Source: Octopus vulgaris
Taxonomy: Eukaryota
Reading direction: 5' to 3'
DNA length: 64,000 nucleotides
Assembly (NCBI GenBank): GCA_951406725.2
Contig: OX597817.1
Location: forward strand, 108,004,001 to 108,068,000
Part shown: piece after piece, positions 54,947 to 64,000 of the stretch
Layout of the letters: every line of letters begins with the position of its first letter
Numbering within the stretch: the first letter of the stretch is position 1
Translations under genes and position numbers: made by a program
The notes under the pieces: model-generated
The model's input: the letters and a program-made list of their open reading frames with translations, nothing else
Database searches by the model: none
What the model was told of the DNA's origin: nothing

Positions 54947-55069
54947 TCACTGCCTGGAATCGAACTTGGAATCTTGTTAGTCGCCCGCGCTCTTAACCAC
55001 TACGCCATATGCCGCGTAAATAATATAAATAATGTACATAATTCCTCATCTTTTAAATATAGAACTGTA
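54750..55069 (-). mobile_element. tRNA-headed SINE-like element carrying a hammerhead motif
   Basis: A-box TGGCGTAGTGG (55007-54997), B-box GTTCGATTCC (54965-54956), (AAT)n, HHR 54848-54805, tail copy inverted at 55016 onward. Confidence 0.8.
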
Positions 55070-55347
55070 TTATCTAATGTTCTGTTTATAGCTGGTCATT
55101 ATTTTGTTTAGGCATTGTGACACTAATAACCTGGGGTAGAACTCAATATACATATGCTTCAGAATGAAGCGTTAGTCGAATATAGAGCGGTAATAAGAAA
55201 AAGAGATGATAAAAGAACAAACGATTATTTTATGATAACATTGCAATTCCTCATAGAGCTCTAAGCTAATGATGTTCATAAGATAATCGCTTATTCTCTT
55301 TTCATGTCTTTTTCTTATTATATTATATGTGTGTGTGTGAGTGAGCT

Positions 55348-55394
<47 letters not shown>

Positions 55395-55949
55395 GGAGAG
55401 GATAGACACAGGAAAGAGACAATATCCGAGAAAGAAAAAGAAATTAACTACGGTAAATTTACTGACAATGATTACCTTTGAACTTCTATTACGATAGGAA
55501 AATTTTTCTGAGCAGATCGCCATATATTAGTTTCTGAAAAGGATTTATTTTCGAGTAATGTTTCCAGATACAGTGGAATCTCCATCAGTTGATCACTTTT
55601 CAGAACTAGATTAGATGCTAGTATTTAAAAAATCTGGTATCTATTGGCAATACTTGTTCCAGCTATCTGTCCGTTTATCGATGTAGGATCATTTTCCCTT
55701 CTGTGTTTAACGTCTTATTTCACCGGACATCTAATGAAACAGGATATCGATTTTTTTTCAGACACTAAGCTGCACATTTAGAATGAAGGCGGAGAATGAA
55801 ATAGAAGTCGCGTGCCTATCTTACTCAATTGGTATTAACACTGTATGTGAAATGCATTAGTTTCAGCCATTTATCAAAATCTGAGTTGTGAACTTAAGTT
55901 TCGTAACAATTAAGATCTTCACATATATAGTTCATCACAGAGACTTAAT

Positions 55950-56143
55950 GTCCTTTTCTACTCTAAGCACAAGGCCCGAAATTTTGGGGGAGGGGGTCAG
56001 TCGATTAGATCGACCTCAGTACGCAACTGGTACTTAATTTATCGACCCCGAAAGGCGGAATTTGAAATCAGAACATAAAGACAGACGAAATACTGCTAAG
56101 CATTTTGCCCGGCGTGCTAACGTTTCTGCCAGCTCGCCGCCTT
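55950..56143 (-). mobile_element. SINE family B copy with 13-bp TSD
   Basis: ACAGAGACTTAAT / ACAGAAACTTAAT flanks; further diverged copies at ~27860, 45425, 50860, 56930, 57125, 58320, 60430, 62600. Confidence 0.85.
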
Positions 56144-58724
56144 ACAGAAACTTAATATTAATTTCTTCCTTTCATATTATTACTAACTATGCACAATGAC
56201 GGCTCTAAATTTTATGAGGTTTAAAGAAATAGAAATTTGTGCCATTAGTCATGGCTTTCCAAGTGAATGTACATGGCCTGGTCGTTAGCATGTTACACTC
56301 ATAATCATATAATCGTGGTTACAATTTCCTTCAGCAAAACTCTTTATTTCACGTTGCTTCGGTCTGCTCAGCCGTTAGTGAGATCCAGCAATAAATGGAA
56401 ACTTAACTCTGCGATGGACCGCCGTCCCGTTCAAAGACAAATTATTTAAATTTCAGTCGCTTAAACGCCATGCAAACCGCATAAGGTTCCAGCCTTATGT
56501 GTCCAAGGATTCATAACAAACCCTTACGCCTTTCCAAAAGGTACTAGTTGTAGTTTAGTCCTATATCAGCCCTGTTTGAGGAGACCTATAATCAAAAGGT
56601 TCAACCGTTACCGTGTCGTTCTTTTGTATATCTAGAATAGATTATACAATGCGTCCTTACCATTTTTAAGACGACAGCCTGTCACTTGAAGGAAACTTAG
56701 CTGCTATCTAAAGCAAATCGAACAACTGCTTAGAGCAGAGATTCTCAGTTTTTTCAATACCAAGAATTCCTTTTAAATAAATGAATTTTACTGCGAACCA
56801 CTGACTTTTGAAACAGCTACCTACTCAATAAGCCGCTTCCTTTGCCTAACAACGAATTTTCCCAGTTTCATCATTCATTTGAAAGATACATGTAACTTAG
56901 TAATTATTCATTTTACACGTCACTTTCAGAGAAGTGGGTAAGTCGATCACATCGACTTTAGTGCTCAACTAGTACTTATTTTATCGATTCCGGGGGTGAA
57001 AGGCAAAATTGATCATGGCTGAATTTGAACTCGGAACGTAAAGACGGACAAAATGCTTAACGGCGTTTTGTCCGGTGTGTTAAAGATTCTGCCAGCTCAC
57101 CACTCTAAGGTGGAGCAGAAATATTGATTTCAAATTTTGGCACGATGCCAGCAATTCCAGGGGAGGGGTAAGTCAATTACATCGACCCCATTGCTCAACT
57201 GGTACTTATTTTATCGACCAAGGTGGGACAGAAATATTAAACAACATCACGTATAATGTTCTACAATTCTGGTTATCTATCTGTATTGCTATCTGCATCT
57301 ACCTGATGACATTAATAAGCCGTTGATTCGTGCGGTTGACTTCTCTCAATTAACAGTAAATTAAATGTTAACAACTAAGCTGTTGGAAATGTAACAACTG
57401 TCTATGGAATGATGGGAAGTTAAAATATATGCCATGATTTCTGATCTGAGTAGACAGGTCACACGTATTTGTAGAGAGAGTGCGGAGCTAATTTAATTGA
57501 CCCTGTAAGCAGAATGACACGTTTTATCGATCCTTCAAGGTTGTCTTTTGTTGTTTAGCTCTAGGACAAACATAATATAGAATACCTATAAACAAAGAAA
57601 TTCTAGCCATGACCATCCCGTCGTTTGTGACATAGTTTATCCAATATTATGTGACATAGTTTATCCTATATTATTCAATAAGGCTTTCCTTTTTCAAAGG
57701 CGGCTGAGTGTTATCTTAAAGAGAGATTTTGCTACTATTTCTAACAGATCGATTGACTACATAGAAGCTCTGTTGTTGGTTTGTTCATTACTCTGAAAAG
57801 TAAAGAGGAAAAGTAGAATTTGAAAGCAGAACGTAAAGGAATGTATTTGCCTAATCATATAATTCGCTAGTTTGTCCTGTCTGACTTCGGGCGATCTTAT
57901 GAAATACTACATAATACATGTCAGTGAAAGGCCCCTCCTACGCTATCGTTTTGTCAGAATCAAAAGCTAAGTGTGCCACACACCACACGTTACTGTCTTA
58001 AAGAAAAGACGAACGTATTGGATAATGTAGTCTGGCAGGTTCACTGTTACAAAGAAAAAAAAATGTGCTTACAGGTGCAATGCTCATAGATCTGCTTCTT
58101 TGAAATTGACCATCATTTAAAGAACAAAACCTACATAAAAAAGTTGGTTAGAAATAGTAGTCAAATCTCCCTCACAGTCACACCCGCAAGTCTCCAAAAG
58201 AGAGAAGAATGCTCTGGATAATGTAAAAGACAAACTGTATCGAAATTAAAAATACGAGATGCTTATTATGGCTGCAAGTCTTTGTATATATATCTAGTAG
58301 GCCAAGGCTAGAGAAAACATTCTTATTTCGGCACAAGGGTAGCCATTTAGTGATGTGAGTATTCGATACGACCGACTCCAGTATTTTACTGGTATTTTAT
58401 TTTATCATCGAAAGTATACGATGCAAAGCTGACTTCGGCAAGATTTTGGACTCAGAGCGGAAACATCCGGAATGAATGCCGCTAAGTGTTTTTTCCCGAG
58501 GCTCTGACGATTCTGCCAACTCAATATAAATATTTATGCAATGATTAGAGATTGTTGTTTGGCTGTGAGTGGGTTGTGCTTTTTTCATTTGAACAGGTAA
58601 GGGTGGCGATGAAATTCGTGAATCGGAAGTAGCAGTGTAAATGGAATAGTTTAAAAACCATAACACAACACTCACAGCACAACTTAGTGATAGTTTGGTA
58701 TATGGCACTCTGTCGGTTATGATG

Positions 58725-58890
58725 ATGAGGGTCCCAGTTGATCCGATCAACGGAACAGTATGTTCGTGAATTTAACGTGTAAGTAGCTGAGCACTCCACA
58801 GACACACGTACTCTTAACGTAGTTCTGAGGGAGATTCAGCGTGACACAGAGTTTGACAAGGCTGGCCCTTTGAATTATTGGTACACCTCA
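58725..58890 (-). mobile_element. SINE family C 3' fragment
   Basis: Reverse complement of 28975-29120. Confidence 0.75.
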
Positions 58891-60902
58891 TTTCCGAGTC
58901 TAGCTGTGCTTTTTCTCTTTTTGGGTCGATAAAATAAAATTGTGGTCAAGCACCGGGGTCGATGGTAATCAACTGACACCCTCCCTTCAAATTTTCTGGC
59001 GCTTTACTTGAACCAGAAACCACCTCCCTCGTCATCTTTCGGGGCAGCATCCTTTTCACTTTGTCTATTGGGACCATTCACTTTGTTTACTGGGACCATT
59101 CACTTAGTCTACTGGTCTGAATTACAGGAAATTGTATGTTCCAGTCCTTAATGTGAAGTTACCTCATATAAATTGCTCTCGCTTCCAGATTCATATTGTA
59201 AACAAACACAAGGTCAAGACAGTAATGTCTTCTTTAATCATATATCTTCCCGGTCAGGGATGACAGCAGCAGCAATACTATATTGTTGCATTCCAAAAGT
59301 CTTCGTATTTAATTAAGAAATTAGGATTTAAATCACAGAATGTTGTAGAAAGGATATCGATTTGTTTAGCTGAAGTTAGTAACCAGTGACTGATAATTTA
59401 TCTAGAGAAATATTATCTTGAGTTATGGAAGTGCTTACTGATATGTAACGCAATTTCCTTTGCTCTTGGCCTGGTATTTAACGAAAGGAAATTTAATTAA
59501 TGAAGTTGCATGTTTTATTTCGAATATCTCATTGAAAGAACTATAACAAGACAACACACTAGAATATAACTGAACGTTTTATATATCTGTCTTATTTATT
59601 CAACCATTGAAGCATTCCAATGTCTACGCTTGATATAATGAGGAAACGTTTGAGATAGCGATGGGGTGAAGTATGTCTAGATTTACACAGGATGATGTTC
59701 TGCCCAGTGGCGAATCTTCTACGTTATTGGGTGATAGGAGGTATCATGAAGTATATCTTGGGTTGTTATTGATTTTTTCCAGATCGGTCCTGATTGAGCA
59801 GATCCATGATCAAAATATTTCAACCGACAGTTTATTTGCTTATTTTTCAAGCAGTGTATCTAATAAAGCATTATCCAACGCGCCCCTTCTTATTTGAGAC
59901 AGCAGAGTATGATCTGAAAGAAATATGACCGCTATTTTTAGCAGATTGTACAACCGCGTAGGAGCTTCCTGGTTGATTTGTGTATTTCTAGGTGAATCAA
60001 CCTGGTAGAATAGTCAAACTTTTCTAGCTATAATCACAGCAGTAAAGGCAAGATGTTTCTACCTTGTGGTATCTATTTTGTGCTAGACTGATCATTAACA
60101 GTTAGCTGTTTTAGTCTGAATATCACGCACTGTCGCTAACAGGATGCAAACTGATCTTCAGGGCAGGTTGTTTGGCACTGTTCACTCGGGAGTATATAGG
60201 GTAGATATTTAATGAATCCCGAACTTCAATGTGTTGAGTGACCGAAAGATATTACTGGATAGAAATGGCAATAACCAGAAATTTTTATCCAGCGGAAGAA
60301 TTGTAAAGCAATCTAAACGTCAACATAGATCTTTTTGCTGTTAAATGAGATAAACTGCGCTCATACACCGTACTAGTTGACCACGAGATGAAATAGAATG
60401 GACAATTTTCTGTAATATATGCTATAATTCTTTCTACTATAGGCACGAGGCTTGAAATTTTAGTGGGAGGTTTTAGACGATTACATCGACCCTAATGCTT
60501 AACTGGTTCTTTATTTCATTGACCTTGAAAGAAGGGGAGGAAAAATCGACCTTGATGGCATTTAAACTCTGAACATATAGCTGGTGGAAATGACGCTAAG
60601 CATTGTGTATGATGTGCTAACAATTCTGCCAGCGCGCCGTCTTCTGTAATATACCACAGCACAGCACTAACAATAGGGTATGAGCAGCAGATCCTTACGA
60701 GCTGCAGTCCTATATTCTAATAATTCAGCAACCTGCTGGCTTATAAGGTACAACTTGATGCTACAGAGTTATTGTTCAGCATCAGCAGTGATTAGACTTG
60801 TCATTGTTGAGAATTATCATGGCAGAAAATTGATCTCCATAAAATCACTGTGAAAGAATATCAAGTAGAGCATTAATAATTTGAACGTTAAGTACTTATC
60901 TG

Positions 60903-61043
<141 letters not shown>

Positions 61044-61279
61044 TGTGTGTGCATAAAAATTAGTCATGAGAGCAGTGCAGCCAGGAATTTAAAAAGGTCC
61101 ATATGTGAAATATACTCGACAAAATCGATTGTATGTAGAAATGCTGTATGTTATTAGAATGAAATAAAGAATATAAGCAGAGGGTTAATGTTTGGGCTAA
61201 ATATTTCAAGTAAGGCTATAGTTTTTAAATTGTATTTTGCTTTCTTAAATAGCTGCCGGTCAGTTTTTATTGGAAAGGT

Positions 61280-62500
61280 GTATTTTTGAAGGTTTAGTTA
61301 ACTTTCATGATTTCCACAGTCGTTACCAGGTTTTCCGAGACTGGTGAGATAGATAGTGGGAGGGAATTTCACGAGAGTGTCATAGGGGGAAGGTTTGGAG
61401 AAAATAGTGATTAGTGCAGGAGCTGAGGTGTGACGCACAGTATGGGTGACCCAAGTGAATTTGATATAGAACAAATGACAAATTAGTTTAGAAGACTTGA
61501 GGTAACTGTAGTAACGATATAACAAGCAAGAGAAAGAGGGGCAGAGGGTCTTAGGCTGCAGAATGTGCTAATCAGCTAGTTAATCCTTTTTGATGTGATC
61601 TAGTATATTTGTGTATGTAAAAGGAACACGCTCCCAGTGTGGGTCTTACTTGGGCTTTGTAGACAGTCTCAACAAATGTTCAGAGCTGACTACAGTGATT
61701 TTACAAGCAGGAGTGATATCTACAGAACCATCTTCGTAGGAGAATGGTGGCTAGGAAGATTCTTCAATGTTAGTATAGGTCTTCTGAGAAAAGGACCCGA
61801 AAGCCTGGCAACAATTTTGGGGACAACTGCCTTATTATACCATACGATGCACGAAAGCACCTTTTCTTCTCTAATGGCAGCCTTATAAGCGTTACTGTAG
61901 TGAGTAAATGTCTTTTATTCATGATGGTGGAGATTACTTTAATATATCTTTCGTTTGAACCAACACACTCGTGTGCAAGTCACCCGTTTGGTGATGTGGA
62001 ATTTGGTTGGGCGAGAAATGTAGAGGGAAGATAGTCCAGGAAGATATGATTTAATGAAAAAAAAGTAGGAAACGTAGAACTGGCAGGATTTCGACAATTC
62101 AGCCAATGAGGAAGCCTGTGCGTGGTCGATCCTGCAAGAAGTAGTAGCCACATCTTCCTCAATTTACACTGTATAGTATTTGAGAAACATTCTATATTGT
62201 TTATTTCGGGGTGAAAAACTGATGGGACGTTCACGGTTGATTAGAGGTTTGCCGCATCAAATTTAAATAATTGCAATTAGTTATCTGTCTTATGAACCTC
62301 AATTTAGGAAACTGGAGCTGTTGAGCAGTAGGGATACTTAAAGCAAGTTGCCTTAAGTGGTGGTCAGTAACGGGTCTGCAATACCTAGTTCTGTCATGGC
62401 ACCCAGAAAAAATTATCAATAAGGCAATTTGGTTGGAGTAATACCTTCAACAATAATAATCAGTAAAATTAAGCACAATAAGGCCACGTATAAACAATGC
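61280..62500 (-). mobile_element. Probable ancient APE-LINE remnant
   Basis: Microsatellite-free, more GC-balanced tract with a weak TDH/SDH-like motif; no intact frame. Confidence 0.3.
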
Positions 62501-63518
62501 TCATTTATTATTCTCCCACCTCTTCACAACTATCACAAATTTGTTAAAAATGCTTCCAAAATACCTTTCTCTACATCTAATAATAAGGGATAAGACTGCA
62601 TTTTGGTGGGGGCAGTCGATTATAGCGAATCCAGTATACATCTGTTTGTTTAAGTACAACGATTCCAGAAGAATTAAAGGCATAATTGACCCCCGTAGGA
62701 TTTGAATTTAGAACGTAAAAAGCCATAACAAAATAACTAAAGGCATTTATTTTGTCCCTCAGGGCATTTATTTTTAACTCGTCTGCTAATTCAAATATCA
62801 AGTGAAGTAATGTATTTCACAGTGGAAATTACAGTAGTATATTGATAACAGAAGAAGAACATGAATACAATTATGTTAGAATCTGTTTGCTGTAAAATAG
62901 ATCGCTAATGCATGACGTGTCACAACAGTTTTTCATATCCTTTATTGTGTATGTCCGGTATAATTATGTCCTGGTCGTTGTTCATGCTTTCTGTTTGTTT
63001 ATATATGTATCTGCATATCTCAGTGTGCCTGTGCGCGCGCGTCAATGTCCTGGCTGTACACTACTTCTGAAACACTGTATTTTTGTTCTTGTTAAATATA
63101 TCATAAATATTCATCGGAATATTGACATTTTAATATGTTCACCTTGTTTTTCTTGTTATTTATCTCCTCTAAGCATATACAAAATCAGTTATTAGAAAGA
63201 AACAAAAAAAAAAAAAAGAAACCAAGGAATAGATAAAATAAAAAATGAATAAAAATTAAAAGTAAAGCTTAGCAGGAAGTGAAAATGATTTATGGTTGAA
63301 TCAAAAGGTTACTTCTATAGCGAGTGAAGAGAAACCGGATCCGGAAGAGAAAGGTGTAATTGGAACAGTTCATTGTTTGACAGGGATAGTTGTGTTGATT
63401 AAAAATGCCATACCGTTTCGCGCTTAGGCCCAGTGAAAATATTTTTTTAAATGTGAGAATAAGAAACTGGATATACCCAAACATGTAAAGCTATGAAAAT
63501 ACACAGATGTTTAATAAT

Positions 63519-63559
<41 letters not shown>

Positions 63560-64000
63560 CATTATACAAGAGTGGTAACAGTGATTTCAGTGTCGGCTTA
63601 CTACCCTTTATTGGACTGTCTGGTGTAGGCTAGCAGGCCGAAACTTCAAAGTCACTCTCACCATTCTTCTTGGAAAAGTATAATAAATTTGTACTCCATA
63701 AATAGTATTGAGTAAGCTTTCAGATTAATGTAAAATCATTTTTATTATAATACGACAAAAGCAAACATTAATATAATTATGGTAATGGACTCTCCCGTCG
63801 AAGACGACGTATGAGTGTTTAGTATTTTGCCGAACGACCTGCACAAATGATTTGTTTATAGTGATCAAAAGTATGTACTGTTAATTAGCTTACTCCCTCA
63901 ATCAAATCGACGTTACCTGAACAAATACACGGTGTACTACAGGTCAGGTGTAGAAGTGATTGCCAAGTAACGTGTAATGAAGTGTTTTGCTCTAGAGCAC

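Overview
AT-rich, microsatellite-saturated eukaryotic (metazoan) DNA. The SINE/LINE repertoire looks like a coleoid cephalopod, probably Octopus (inference). Almost all ORF-track entries are microsatellite artefacts. The only host gene I can support is a + strand gene with two phase-compatible coding exons (14943-15024 and 51155-51286) separated by a ~36 kb intron; the peptide resembles the N-terminus of SLC4 bicarbonate transporters. The first ~12 kb is a nest of (TA)n-embedded Penelope-like retroelements (PLEs) of several lineages plus a Helitron helicase remnant. The most notable signal is a set of type I hammerhead ribozyme (HHR) motifs read directly from the sequence. Four sit in a ~491-bp tandem unit arranged as a ~0.8-kb-arm inverted repeat (retrozyme/pLTR-like). 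Others lie at 83, 5272, 8245, 8612, 11663 and 52914, and one is inside a tRNA-headed SINE-like element (54750-55069). The rest is tRNA-derived SINEs, an RTE LINE with a PHD finger inside its RT, Dong/R4, Hero, Naiad and BEL remnants, a mariner MITE and simple repeats.
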